A stretch of DNA of 64,000 nt from Gonapodya sp. JEL0774 (Eukaryota): NCBI GenBank assembly GCA_027604505.1, contig JADIIX010000031.1:62001-126000 (forward strand), given 5' to 3'. Within the stretch, counting starts at the first letter, position 1. Each line of letters opens with the position of its first letter. Below the pieces are notes generated by a model. It was not told the DNA's origin and did no database searches. It saw only the letters and a list, made by a program, of their open reading frames with translations. Both the position numbers and the translations under genes were made by a program. This document shows positions 46,243 through 60,181 of this stretch, piece by piece.

Positions 46243-47499
46243 ATGTTACGCCACTGGCGTGATGGCACTGGATTGTTTCTTGTCCTCGCCATTCTAGGCC
46301 CGCCGAGTTGCTTTGCCCAGTCGGGCAACGGCACGTCCAGTGGGGGCACCACCCAAACGGCATCAGTTTCACCAAATCCTGTGCCCGGAAGTTCACAATC
46401 ACAGACAGTAGTGTTTGCTGCCGCGCTCGTAGGAATAATATTGTTCGTGCTCTTTGCGGCTGCGGTGGTGTGGGTCTACAGACGGAGAGTGCTGGCAGCT
46501 GAGGCCAACTTGTCCGGTGAGCTCCACTTTGAATTCATGAAAATCGCGATTCGATTACGGTGAGAGTATCAATCAACAGTTCTTTTTTCAGGCAAAGGTA
46601 ACCCACATTCAACGCAAGTCCGCTTGCTGTCGACATCGACACGACCTGCAAGATCTGCGACATCCCGTCCGCCGTTCCCTTCTGGGATCTTTTCAAGTCC
46701 GCCACCACCCCCTTTGCCACAAATAAGCCAACCGTGGCCCCACTTCTCAAACCTGCGAGATATCATCAGCGAATATCCCGACGTAGAAAGCATCCAGCGG
46801 GAGCAGTTGGAGAGCTCTCACACTGTACCGAGATTCAGACCATCTACTGGCAGAGCCTTAGCTGCTCGCCATCAGCGGTTTGCGTCTACTGGATATGTGC
46901 ATCCACAGCTCCAGGCATTCTTCGAAACTTCGGAGTCCGGCGGGCCCGAGATCGGAATGCCCTCGTTTGCTTCGCGAAGGAATCCTCTAGAAAGCGAGCT
47001 GCAGCCTATTTCTTCCAACGTGGCTGGTCCACTGGGCTCTGCATCTCCTGTACCGCCACGCCGATCAAATTCGCAAATGTACGCCCACAGGCACACGACC
47101 CACGAAATGGATACCAAAATCAACATGCCCCGTCAACGAGATTTCACTCTTCTTTATGTGACCAGTTCCGGCTCGGAGTACTCTCCGTCCTCCTCTTCGA
47201 GTGCCGGCACCTCGTCTCCATCGCAGGGCGGTTCCCCATTCCCACGGCTCGGCACATCCCCGCAAATCAGAACCACGACCGGAAACCGTCCATCTCTCAC
47301 CCCTCAACCGGACAGCGAGCCACCTACCCCCCGAACTCCTGTCCTTCCAGTCTTGTCCACTCCCCAGCTTGGCCCGCAGTTGGCCGTGATGTTGGGCCGG
47401 AGCGCGCTCCCCGACTTCCTGTCCACTCCAAAACTTACACCCCGATTAGCAGCGATGATGGGCAAGAGTAGTAGGTCTAGAGACTCAAGCGTGGAGTAG
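46243..47499 (+). CDS. Type I membrane protein with very short ectodomain and Pro/Ser-rich cytoplasmic tail (intron about 46517-46591)
   Basis: Leader GLFLVLAILGPPSCFA|Q; TM VVFAAALVGIILFVLFAAAVVWVY-RRR; tail with SPPPPPLP and PVPPRR. Confidence 0.7.
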
Positions 47500-48245
47500 T
47501 AGTCAAAGTCATTCACTTCACTAATTCGGGATCACCTCGTTTGTATAGTCATCACCCAGCTGGACTGCGGTTGTAATGAATGTTGTAAATTATGTATTAT
47601 AAGTCATAGTCTATTGATATTGAGCGCATGCACTTAATGTTTTTGTAGAACCCTTATCAAATTCTTAGTGGTACTCTGTGACGCGTTCTTCAACATGACC
47701 ATGCTTAATTCGGAGTTGTGGTCTCCATCTTGAATAAGTGGAAATTTCAAGCTTGGCGTGCAAAACTGTATTGTCAACATGGCGTTGTGAAGCCACACAT
47801 TCATCCTCTCCTGGTATATCTGTCTTTAAACATTGTTATATTATCGCGAACTGTTGCACCAATTTCGAACTCAGCATTCGGCGATGAAGTATCACTGCGT
47901 TATTGGCTTTATATGATTGTAGAAACACGTACGTAGCTACAGTCATGGAGTCGTCACTCCGTCCATACACGTGTTTTTTGTCTGGTACTTCTGCTTCTCG
48001 ATCCATCATAATCATTCCAAGCGGATGGTCGTATTCTGAGACAAGCAGCATTTCCCGATTAGTCGAGAATCAGGCTTGGGCTGCCGGGATTTCGCCCCAA
48101 CAACGCAGGGGCGGCGTGATCCCGTGTGACCTCATCATGGGACCATCACTGATGGCTTGCAATTCTGCAGATATAAAGAGCACTCGATGGAGCCACGGAT
48201 AATACGAAGTTCAAACAATTGATTGCATCAGAACACCGATCGAAA

Positions 48246-49179
48246 ATGACTCGCTTCGTTTCACTCGTAGTTGCGTTGGTCGCGATGCTTGCTCTTGCTG
48301 TGGGAATCCAAGCTCAGGTGCGATTGATTCAGCCATTCGCCACTGAAAAGCTCCTCTTAAAACTATGACATCGTGCCAGCAGACAGCAAACTGCATGACG
48401 AACGCGGATTGCACGGCAGGCGCGTGCTTCCTCTGTTCTGCGACGTGAGTTTCTCCGCGTTGAACGGGGGCTTAATGAAGGGAAGTGCAACGTCTTATCG
48501 TTTTCGGAATTCGCGCGACGACGGTAGCGTGAACGCTTGTGGAGATACGTACGAAGCTGCGTGTAGCGGAGTTGCTACCGGAAGTGCTGGGTAAGTTGAA
48601 AGAGCCTCTCTGACTTGCGGGACGTCATGATGACGCTGGTTCCGTTTTTCCTTATGATTCGATCATTCGCTTAGGAATGGAACCTCTTCAATGAGCTCTT
48701 CTTCCTCTGCCACGTGAGTACGGATGATTTGTTTCCGTTCTACGTGTCCTGAACCACCAACTAACACACTGCGCGCGGATACCGTCCAACATTAGCTCCC
48801 TTTCTTCTGCTACGTTAGTACCGTGCTACGTTGAGATTTATTCGGCTCATCAACGTATCTCATCTATTCCTAACATTCCCCAAACAGACCCGCTACCGTA
48901 GGAACCTCCTCCTCCTCGAGGACCGCTCAAGCTACCAGTGCCTCCGCCACGATGAGCACTGTTTCCGTCATGAGATCCTCTTCTACCTCTGCTGCGTCTT
49001 CCTCGGCAAGGTCTGCGAGTTCTACAACCGCATCTTCCACTGCGGCCGCTACAATCGCTGCTGCTACGACATCGGCGAGCGCCAAAGGTAATGCAGCCGG
49101 CGTGACTTCACCACGCATGTCCCTCATTTCGTGCGCTGGCTTCCTGGGTGCGGCTTTGCTTGCTATGATGCTTGTCTGA
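48246..49179 (+). CDS. Secreted, probably GPI-anchored Ser/Thr-rich protein with a small 6-Cys N-terminal module (6 exons)
   Basis: MTRFVSLVVALVAMLALAVGIQAQ|TANCMTNADCTAGACFLCSAT|VNACGDTYEAACSG...; S/T/A stalk; C-terminal KGNAAG..FLGAALLAMMLV* resembles a GPI signal. Confidence 0.75.
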
Positions 49180-49416
49180 AGTATGGAGTACAATGGGTGA
49201 ACAAGAAGAAGCAAATGGCTGCTGGATACAGCTGCACTTATGTAAACGGGGTTTTTCTGGCTCTATATTTCTGGAATACATTTCACGTGTCATCGGTAAA
49301 TTGCCATTCAGCAAACAAGGGTTCCAGGTACGAGTCGCCTGACCCATTCAAAACTTTGCCCTTTCTCTCGAATTCCTTTGCATTCCCAATCCACGAGTCC
49401 GCGTGCTCAACGGTAA

Positions 49417-51766
49417 ATGGCGTCAGCCACTCTCGCGCAAGATCAAGTGCCATCTGCAGCCAAGCGCGCGAACAAGCACCCGCTCCCGCGATCGTTCACA
49501 ATTGATGACGTTGACAAGTTGCTGACAGATGCCAGGGGATTAGAGGTGATTCACCACTTGAACGTTACAGTAGAATGGTAGCAATCTGACCGGAAATGTT
49601 CACTCCTGCGAATGGCGTGCGATGCGGCTCCGGGACATCACGTCGTGTTCCACTGCTGCAACTCGTCCCGACAATGAACGCTGTCAATCGTGTGCACCCA
49701 GAACGCGACGGTGGCTTATAAAAAGCTCGAAGAAGAGGTTTTCTCTGCAGAAACTCAGGCCCTTAAAGAGCTCGACCGTCTCCAGAAAGAGTACCGTGCC
49801 CTACTCAAGATTCTGAAACAGAAGAGAAAGGAGCACAAGAAGGAGGAACGAAGGAGTAGAGAGAGCCTGAATACTGCAGGAAACGTAACACCGAACTCGA
49901 CTAATGGGTCGTCACCTGTGTCAGCGAACGGGAAGTCGGCAAACGGTGTTCCCGCTGCCACCATCGTTGCACAGGATCATGACGAGGAAGAGGAGGAACC
50001 CCTGCCACCAATCACAGTCGGAGGCAACGCCGAAGATTTTGAAGAAACGGAATTATGGCTGAAAGCCGAGGAGCTGAAACGGAGGTTGGACCTGGCTCAG
50101 CGGGACCTCCCTCAAAAACCTGGGTAGGTTTCATCTTTTTGAAGACCTGGCCTGGTGCCCCGACCCTGTCGGCTAGAGTTGCGGAACAATCTTTGTGAAC
50201 CAATTCAATGCCTTGCTGGAAACGTGTTTATCACCTGTGGCCCTCTGCTCAAAACGTGTTGCATATCAAATCAGATGAGGGAATGTCACCACACCGAGCC
50301 GCTCTAACCGGAGTTAACTACCTTTTTCTGACAACTTTTCACCCTTCACCTACAGTATCATTCTCCAGTTTGCCCTCGGCACCCCGACTCCTGCCCGTAT
50401 CCGACCCCACTCCGCACGCCTCTCGTACAAATCCTCTTACGAATCCTTCAAACTCAACATGACACTCATCTCCGGCCTCTTCGCGCTTTCGAGCTTGATC
50501 TTCACCTACTCGGTGCCCGGCGATGACTTGTCACTCGAACGAGGGGAGCAGTACAGGTTCCAATTCAAGGCTTACCGACTGGCGGACTTGTTGTACATGT
50601 TCCTACTGCTCTACTATTACTCGGTCATGACTATTCGGGAGCATGTGCTCATTGTAAATGGAAGCCGGATCAGGACGTGGTGGTTAGCACATCATGTGGT
50701 GACGGTCGTCCTTATCGGGATCATGCTGGTGAGGAGTGCGGTTTTAAAATCACGTCTCCAACGAACGTTCTCTCAATCACGATCACCTGCTATTCTTGGA
50801 GCTCAGGTATGGCCTGAAAACCGAACTTACAGTGCCTTTCGACCCAACTTCATGATCTACTGCGCCTACCTCGGTGAGTCGTCATCGGCTTTTGGTGGTT
50901 ATTCTGGTACCGCATCGTCCATCTAGTACCTGCTAACCCATCGTTTCATCCGTGAAAGCAATTGTCTCTTACTTCCAATACCGCTATCAAACCCAACGCC
51001 TCTACACCCTCCGAGCCCTCTCCCTCGCCGGACCCATGGACACGGCTGTTGGGGAGGGGGCGACGGGTAGTGCGGGAAGGGATATGAGCTTGCTCATGGT
51101 GTTGTTGGTGATTGGGCAGGTGAGGCTTATTAGCTGGATGGTGTGGTGTTTTGAATTATAAACTTTGACGAAATCACACACTCATGTTCGCCTCGGTGTG
51201 ATGTGTGACTGTCTAGGGATGGCAAGTATACTCAGGACTCCATGCGCTGTACCTTTGGTGGACCGTCCCCGGCGCAACATGGCATGTGAGTGACAGACAA
51301 CAAGTATGTTGTAGTCCATCTCTTCTCAACATAATATCATGTGATTTGTAGGTCATCGCAAGTGGGATCATCTTCATCATCCTCGGTGTCGCTAACTTTT
51401 TCACGGTGAGGAAACGTTCCCTGGTTCATCTTATGCGGTCGATGGACACATGGCAAACCACTCACACCCTGATCACGGTCACTTGCGCAGACCATTTCCA
51501 CATACGTGGAGAAAATCCGTCAGGATCGGCGCAAACTCCTCTCTCGCGAACGACACGCTGAGCGAGGTCGGCACTTGGAAACTTTGCGAACGAGGGAACG
51601 GGAGCGTTCAAAGTCCCGTGGAAGTCGGGAAGATTTGGGGCGACTTTCAGGGTTCCAACCTGTCAGTAGGGTTGGAAGTGGGGAAGTCGGGGGCGTGACG
51701 AGAGCAAGGGCCACGTTTGGGTTCACTGAGTTGGAAGATTCTGGTGGGGCACGTGGGCGACAATGA
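49417..51766 (+). CDS. TMEM120: TMEM120/TMPIT-family membrane protein, multi-exon
   Basis: N-terminal coiled coil; YYSVMTIREHVLIVNGSRIRTWWLAHH and YFQYRYQTQRLYTLRAL match TMPIT family motifs. Confidence 0.88.
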
Positions 51767-53311
51767 CATGAGAAACATTGGAGAATTTGCACGACTTATT
51801 GACGATTATACGTCGGTCGGTTACTGTGTGGTGTGGATAGTTGCATAGTGGATTCTGGTGGTGCATTATGCATAATTTAGAGTATCATGTGACATCGGTC
51901 CCGCGAAAATTCGGAACACCATAAATATAGAATGAGTTTCAGTCTGCAAAGGCCTGACAGACACATCAGAAGTCAGTATTCAGATATTGAACAGACAGTC
52001 GCTAGGACAGAGGGTGGTCGGGAGTGCTCTTTCGGCAACCCTCCGGGGCTCGCGCGTACGACAATGAAGTCAGGGCATTAGTTTTGTGGCCCGAGTGCCC
52101 CTTATACTGGGTGTTGGTAGTAGCTGCTCTTTGTACTAACGTCGAGTACGAGAGCGACACTAGTGGTAAAAGCCAGAGCTCAAGAAGGAAAGCAGCATCT
52201 TGCAAAAATATAAGTCGGCTTTATTCCCTAAAATCAGCTTCACTTGTAGCAGCACGCTTTGTCGTTGTATATGGAGCCAGTTCATGATCTCGCTCACATC
52301 CCGATAGCCTCACGTTTTAATCTTGCAGCTAGCACAAGCATAGAGACAGCAGCGAGAAGCTTGGTATATCGAACAGCCGACAGCGCTGCACTTTCGATAA
52401 AGTTACTGAAGCCCGACCAGGCCGGGCACAATTATTTTGGCAAGCATATCAAATCACACCCCTATCCTCTACTTTTCTTTCCCAGCAAACACCCGTTATT
52501 TTCTTTATCAAGTCAACATCAGGAGTCTTCAACCTTCTGACATGAATTCATCAAAAAGTACTGGTGGGCAAATCAGCAAGAAACCTCAACTGCAAAACTG
52601 AAGATGATCTAGTTACACGTTGTGTGAGATTTCTTGCCTGCTATTCGCGACGGACTGACGTCAGGATCTGCTGAAGCTTATTGATTGTGCAACTGGTACA
52701 ATGAAACCCAGACTCCAACGGGTTTCAGCGACCATGGGACCTAAACGGTGATGCTAACTTTCAGACAGCAGTGGTGGCGGCATATCTCCTGATTATTTGA
52801 CGTCGACAAGCTTCGCCCGTTTCACTAAATGACGTAAGCGCAGGATGTACTCGACAGTTTCACAGAATGTAGAAACAAACCGGACTCTCTTCAAAAATGG
52901 CATTCGCCGCATTCGCGCCATTGATTAAGCTGAGGTGCCAGACCCCTTTGCCGGGGTCTTGAGTGACAACTTGAGACAAAAACAGTACAGCAAATTCAGA
53001 GAGCCCCACTAGTCGACATTGCAGAGGCGGATGTCCAGGCAGTTACTAGATCTTGAAACCTGATCATGACGGTGGGGTTTGAGGGAAAAGAGCAACGGGC
53101 CGGGAAAGTATACGTAATTAGATCAGCCTTCTTTTCTTTTCAAACATCGTTATTATATCCAACGTATATATCCAATCCCACCAAAAAAAGCAAGCATGAT
53201 TTGTCATCGCGAAAACACATGAAGAGACACACGGCCCTCCGTTTGGGCATAATAAACCGCTCTTGACAACAGGAAGTTCTTAGAACAGACTATAGACGCC
53301 ACGCTCCTCCT

Positions 53312-55041
53312 TCACGAGAAGTCGCTAACTTTACCACTCGCTAGAAGTCCCACAATCAACCCGAACAGTCCAATGACACTTCCAAAGATCTCCACGACAA
53401 GGATCTTCACGAACAAGGTCGAATCGTGTGCGTCGGCGAGAGCGGCACCAGAGCCCGTGATGCCCACGCAAACTCCACAGAAAAGGTTGCAGAGGCCCAC
53501 GGTAAGGCCCGACCAGAACAGGGCGTAGCCTGAGGTGAAGTGAGTGGCATCCGGTGCCATTGACCGGAAGAACAAGACGTGGAGGTGTCCGGATCACCAT
53601 GAATTCAGAGTTTGAAGTTTCAGCACGGCATCGCGGATATAAGCGCGAAATGCAGTGAGGGGTTGTGGAGACGCAACGTTTGGGGAAAGTTGGATTGAAC
53701 ATTCTCATCATGCTCAAAGAAACCCCCGTGGACGAATTTCACAACACACCCATCCAGTACCCTTCCCTACTGAACCCCACGTCAGGTGTCACGCCTTTCT
53801 GCCTTGCCGAGAATACGATGGCAATGATGATGCCGTAAATGGCCACGACTTCGCAAAAAATAATGCTATGGGAGGCGAAACATCGGATAAAGGTAGTAAA
53901 TCATGAGAAATGGGAGATAAGATAAGAGAATGTTGGCAACAAGAGGGACGCTGCTGCAGGCGGGATGGAAAATAACCAGGCCTTGCCGTTGGGCGGTCGA
54001 CCAAGGGACCGCATACGGAGAATTGGTTGCGGCCACTCAGCCGAACGCTGTTATGTTCCTCGCTCGATTGCATCCAGGACCGCTTCGGCCCCAAACCTGT
54101 TGCCACCACAAGTCAACCAGACAAGCACATGATCCCGTTCGTCCAACCAAGTAAGACTTGCAAACCGTTCTCCCTTCATACGATCTCTCGGTTTCGCCAC
54201 TCCCGACGCACTACCAGTGCAGCCATTACCCCACCACAGTCGTTACCCACCTGATCAAATTCTTCGCCTGGATCCGAGGAGTGCGGACCGCTCCACCGAG
54301 GATGGACGAGCCGCAGACAAAAATTCCCCTTGAAGGAGAGAGAAAGTGGGATGGGTTGTGAGAGGATGGGCGGGGGGACGCCGGGTGGGGGCGAGTATGG
54401 GGAGTGGAGGCAGACACGTAGCAGGAGTCACCATCGATGTTTGAAAGAGCTTGATGCTCCACATGGCAATAAAAAGGAACTATGGGAACACCGAATCCCG
54501 CAAGCGCCCATCCCGCCCAGCCCGCACCCATCACTGTCATACAATTCAAAATTTGACAGGCGTCTCAACGGCGTTTTTGAAAACTCTCTGAGCATTACTT
54601 TTCACCTGGTTTCGTAGACTTAAGAGTCATGATCCTTGGGTCCGGGGATCCTGGTCCAGGAGGTGTGTGGTGTGTTTCCTATTCGTCACATAAACAGGTG
54701 CTTCTCCATTGCGGCCACCAGCGACTCCTATCGTTTGGTCCACGGCTCATTGCAATCGTTCGATATGCTCTCTCAAGTCCTCCTGGATTCCACCACTGGG
54801 CAGCTTCATATCTTACGCTGCCATCACCATGAACTCACCACGCGGCTCCGACGACACTCAATCCCACACACAAGGCACTTCCCAAATCCATCCACATGTA
54901 CGGTGTAGTCGTTACGAGCCACCTTCCCACGTTGAAGAGTTCTCCTTGACCGGAAAACACTAGGTCGAGGGCCACGACAAAGCCGAGGATGGTGAGGAGG
55001 GCGTAGACCGAGTAGGCGATGGGGTTGGTGAGGGCACCCAT
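53312..55041 (-). CDS. VMA16: V-type H+-ATPase proteolipid subunit c'' (4 exons)
   Basis: [60 protein letters not shown]...[61 protein letters not shown]. Confidence 0.95.
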
Positions 55042-58000
55042 TGGCTAGAGAATCTTAGAGAGGTGTGGATCGGGTGGATACGTGTAGGTAGCGCTTTTGT
55101 GAAGGAGTTTGTGCGAGAGAAGGACGAGTGAGCTCGTGAGGTTTTCTATCTGTGTCGAGTTCCCAGGATAGTCCACATTATCTCCCTTTCCGCCTGTCCG
55201 ACGAAAAAATATTCCGACTGGAATGCAAGTTCACGGGAGACCATCGCTCGCACCGGTGGAGATGAACTATTCTCGGAGCCCGAGGATTCCACTCCTCTCC
55301 ACAGAATTCCGAACGTACGATAACAGCGTCCCCAAGTGATAAAAGCCCAAGATTTCAATCCTTTGAGTCACCTTCTTCGGTGTTTAAAAGCTCTTTCCGT
55401 CCTCAACGTAGATTTGACATGTCATGCCCTAACAATCAATCTTGGCCACCAGGAAAGCAAGAGGTTCACCACGAATATGTGGTCCGTCGAATGCAACGCT
55501 AAAGTTTTGCCCTCTCAAGCGCTGGGCGTTGGCGCCGCTCCTTTCCTTGACCCCGTGCGTAGCTGGTCCTACCCGCACACTCAACTGCATATTCATTACG
55601 CCGTGCCACTCGCAGCGACCAGCGCCTTGCTCACGCTTCAACATTACCGCTACATTATCAAACTCTGTCCATTGTCACCGTCCGCGGTTCCCGGTCAGCC
55701 TCGCACCAGTTCCCTTTGCGTCCGCATTACGAACCTTTTGGCTCTCGCGTTTCGAATCGCGACGCTGCACGTGCAACTTGAAGCTCCCGCGAGTGCGCGT
55801 CGTGTGTTTAATTGAGCAAGGGGACGCGACTTCGATTGGTTTGCGGTTCCTCGGACCAGACCTGGGTGCTCCCGTTGGCAACCTCCAGGGCTGAGAGGGT
55901 CCGTGCTCAACAATTAAAATGGCAATATCTGTCCTTGTTCTTGGACAGTTATTAGCACTCAACTACGCTGGCAGTTACGACACCTTCATTATTGACAAGC
56001 CGAGATGTTTTTGGGAAAGTGCGCCCTTCGTCAAGGATTCTTTGCCGCGTTCAATGGTAGTGATGTGTGAACTTCAAATATATCATTTGCAAAAAAACGA
56101 ATGCTCTTCGCGCCGGATAGTCCCCGTACAAGTTTGTGTTGCCAAAATTCGTGATCTTGCTACCGTGCACGCTCAAAAGTGTTCATGAGGCTGAAAGATG
56201 CCGATATTATATATTTCAGTGGCAAAAGAGGGCACGAGAATCTCGTATCCCCAAATCCATTTTCGCGGATATAGATCTGGTTGTCACTGTAATGACTTCC
56301 TGGTTTTCCGCGACCTTTCGGGAGCTGTGCACAGAGTGTCAGGCTCGAGCCTGCTAGTTAGTTGCACAATTGGAAGATGCTCCAATTTTTACAGCAATGC
56401 ACTGAGACCATGTTCAATGGCAGTCTCCTATCTACTTTGTTGACTGTTTCTCGCGGTCCTCACGCTGGCTGGCCGGTTTCCGTGCACAATGACGTCATTC
56501 ACTTGAGATGGCAACACATCACAACAGAGGGCTTCGTCCTGTCTCTACATTACCTCAAATTTTGCTGAAAACGACTTCGATCCACGGCCCACGCTTCTGG
56601 TGGGACTCGTGGGATAGTGCAGAAGGTCAATTCAGTTCTGCCTGTCTGCCGGCTGCCGCAACCTCCTGGTCACCACTTACATAAGCCTGCTTTCGTAGGT
56701 TGGTGGGAGTGCCCTAATTGTCCACTCTGTTGCTGGCGAGCTCCTCCATTGCCTGGTGGAGCCCCAAATGCTCTTGTTCCAGTTCTTCTTGAAGAGGCGG
56801 CCACGGAATATTCGAGAATTACACTCGCTGCACACTCTGTTTTCCTTGGGAGTCAGCGCAAGTGCTTGTCTCCTAGTGATTTCTACTGTCTAGTTTTATT
56901 TTCTCTTCTCTTCATGATGCAAGCTGGCGTCATTCACTTGACCAGACCGCACAGAATCACATGTCACATTTGACCACCTCAAGCTGTATGCACCTAACCA
57001 AATTCTGCTGCACGTACCCTCCTTCGACTCCAGTTAATCTTCATGGGACTCGTCGGGTAGTAGAGAAGGTTTCAAAATGTTTGCGTCACATGTGGTGTAC
57101 AGTTATGTTGTTGATCGGAGTTTCCTACAATCGTCGGTCCACGACATGTACTCCAATTCTTCCTTTCAACGTCCGTCTTGCCATTTTTTTCTCCGGTGGT
57201 TGTACCACAAGGCTGGTCGTGGTTGTCCCGAGAAGCATGCACGATCGAATGATATTGCAAGTGATCAGCTAAATGGCAACAAACCTTGGAATGCTCCCAC
57301 TGGCACACCTTCAAACTCCTCGGCCATACATTTCATTTGCTAAGACGAGATTCTGTTTTAGACAATGGATTGGATCTTTGTTTGGCGGTTCCAGATACCG
57401 GCTGTTTGAGAACATTCGTGGTTGGATCGCATATCGCTGTTCATCCGTTACTAGCGTCCCCGCTGTAGCTGAACTGGGTTGGGGAAATCAAACGTGCGCG
57501 CATCCTGATACTCTCAATCCCCACGCACTCATCTAAGCAAGGTCCTCACAGCCAATCAATGTCTTTCAAGCACTAAATAGATTTTGGCCTTCCCGGAGGC
57601 GGTGGCATTATGTGCCACTGTGTCTTTGAATGTGGGCAAGTTTCAACAACTAGGTGGGCACCGTGGTGGCGCGCTGCCAGCCTAATGGTCGATGCGTACC
57701 ACTCCAGTTAGATTTCACGTTGTCTTCACACATTAATTTTTGGATGTCGTGCTCACGAGTTTGGTAACTTTCACTGTTGTGAGTCAAGCGACCTCAGATT
57801 CCTTTTTTGGAGGTACGGCAAAACTGACAACGTGGATTTCGGCCCTCTTTGACCGATGAAGTCATTTGAATTGTTAAATGTATATTCTCAAAGAGTACTC
57901 AGAAGCAAAGCTTAACTTCTAGATCTCGGTCCAACGTGCCAATGTGTTCCTTTTTATTTTGTTTGCAGCAACTCATTCATTGTCCTTCCTGGGTAAATGT

Positions 58001-59099
58001 CTCGGTGGTACCGGACCAGACCACTTGGGGCGGACGAGAATGACCGCGATGGTGATGCAAAACGGATCGTTGACGGTTGGGGCATCGACTGGATCTCTTG
58101 TCAGCTGCATCATGATGATCACCGATCATGAAGCGAAGTCTCAATCAAACAATTTCAAAATCAGTGCGCGAAAATGTTTTGTCTTCGTTTTTGTTTGGAT
58201 GACTGGCGATCGGTCCCCGACGCTGTCTTGAACAAGTTGTTTTTTGCAAAACGGATGGGCAGTCCACCCGCACAGTTGTATGCAGGAACCATGAGCCGAA
58301 GTCACCCTCACCTCCGCCCCTGTGTGATGAACCTTCATGTGGACTTTCCGTTCCCTTCCGATTGCCGTATCGCAAGTGGTAATTCGTCAGGCCAAGGTGA
58401 CATAGGAGCGAGTGCCTTCCACGTTGCATCCGATTCATCTGCACTCCCCTAGCTTCCTAGACCAGTTTTGGAGGTGCCCGCCCCCACGGAGAAAACTCTC
58501 TTTTGCTGGCGTCACATCATTGAAGGTATACACACGGGTCATGCAAAGTGATGAACACGTGCGTTATGGAAAAGAGACACCATGAATGCTCGAGGACCAA
58601 CTTCAGATACGGCCCTACATAACAATGAGTGCGCTGTGGCTGCTCTTTCACGCACATGCAAATCAAATTACTTGCTCGAGGGATCTGTTTGCGTTCAGTG
58701 GATTTCGGATCTGCATCGAGCAGTCCACTGGACACTCGGGCAACTTGTTTTTCAGGATTACGATTGCTATGCAAAATTCGGCCGCTGACACCCCTTAGTC
58801 GGACTTCGACTCCAGTTTTAGTACGTGCGATCTTCCAGCGAGGGGATCAACAAGATCTTGGCATTTATTAGCACGGTTGCGCGTTCCACAAATGAAATCA
58901 ATTTACACGCCCACCTCAGAGTACCTTTTCTTTCATGTGATCACTCATGGAATTTATGAAGGGATACGTAAGTTTCCACGTTTCGAACAGTGATCAAAGA
59001 GGGAATTAACCCCCAAGCACAATCATCGGAAGGCAAGATCATTCTATAAATTGGTTTTAAGGTTGTAAAATCTTCTTTGGCGTCGATACTATCAAATTC

Positions 59100-60181
59100 T
59101 TATCCCTTCGACGGACCGGCTGACAATCCAGAACTAAGGCCAGTCTTTGAACCAGCTGCACCCGCCAGAGCAAGTGACGACGTAGATCCGATTACCGATG
59201 TCCCCGCCGAACCTTTTAGTGGTCCGTTTGCTGCTGTTGCAGCCGCCGAAACATTGGCGATAATGTGTTCAAAGAGCGAACGTTTTCGGCTGCGTTGAGA
59301 TTTATTAGATCTTGTGATGGCACACAATGAAATTTGACAGTACAGGGGTGGGTGTACTCACGCCACTGACATTCCGGCGCCGCCTTCGGTCTCCAGGAGA
59401 AGTTTCGCTCCAACCCAGCCCTTGTCGATCTTTCCCGCGTCGGTATCGACTAACAAAGCATTCGCACTCGACATTTCATGAGTATCAGCTGTGTTTGCGC
59501 GCTTCCGAGACGGGGAGTTTGGCCTCACAGACTGAATAATCGAGGACGTCGTTCCATCCGCTGCGGCCAGCATTGGGAGAGACGAGGTCCGCCTCCCCAG
59601 CTTAGAAAGTGCATGAACACCATCGTCATCCGTGTTGGGACTTGTGGGGCTTACTGGAGCAGTCGGCTCCGCAGCAGTTTCTGTGGTGGGCTCGATCTTC
59701 GCTGTTTCCGTCTCGAGCAGGATGCTATTCGGCGAGATCGACTTGTCAACGATCAGGTTCTGTTTCTTCAGGGCTATTGACGCTTGAAGTTCAGCAGCGA
59801 GAAGTGTGAGGCGAACAACTATAACAGTGGTCAAGGCGAGGCTGATCTTGAACGACGTTTACCGAGATCAAGCAAGCTGACACACTCACTTTCCGCCTTT
59901 TCATGCTCTACCTTGGCTACAATCTCATCACGTTCTTTCCTGCAGCTGGTTGTTTCTTCCCTCCACTTCGTAATGTGCTCGATCAGCAAGACATTCCATT
60001 GTTGGGCTTCACTCATCCTGACCTCGATACTAGACTGGCCCGACGTCCGGTGCAGAGACGGCGGGTCAAAGGAAGGTGGGCGTGGAATACTAAGCGTTGG
60101 CATTACTGGTGAGGGAAGTGGCGTCAGGAATGGTGGTGTCGGTTGAATGAAGGGCACTATAAGAACTTGGTCGGCGAACAT
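59100..60181 (-). CDS. Hypothetical coiled-coil / low-complexity protein, multi-exon, boundaries uncertain
   Basis: Successive minus-strand ORFs (59831-60235, 59358-59834, 59100-59327) with gtgagt donors; helical segment QQWNVLLIEHITKWREETTSCRKERDEIVAK. Confidence 0.45.

Noticed and set aside
56600..57540. Minus-strand VCQWEHSKVCCHLA and GQLGHS, faintly like MULE SWIM / zinc-knuckle remnants
   Set aside because: The motifs are incomplete and interrupted by stops, and no TIRs were seen.
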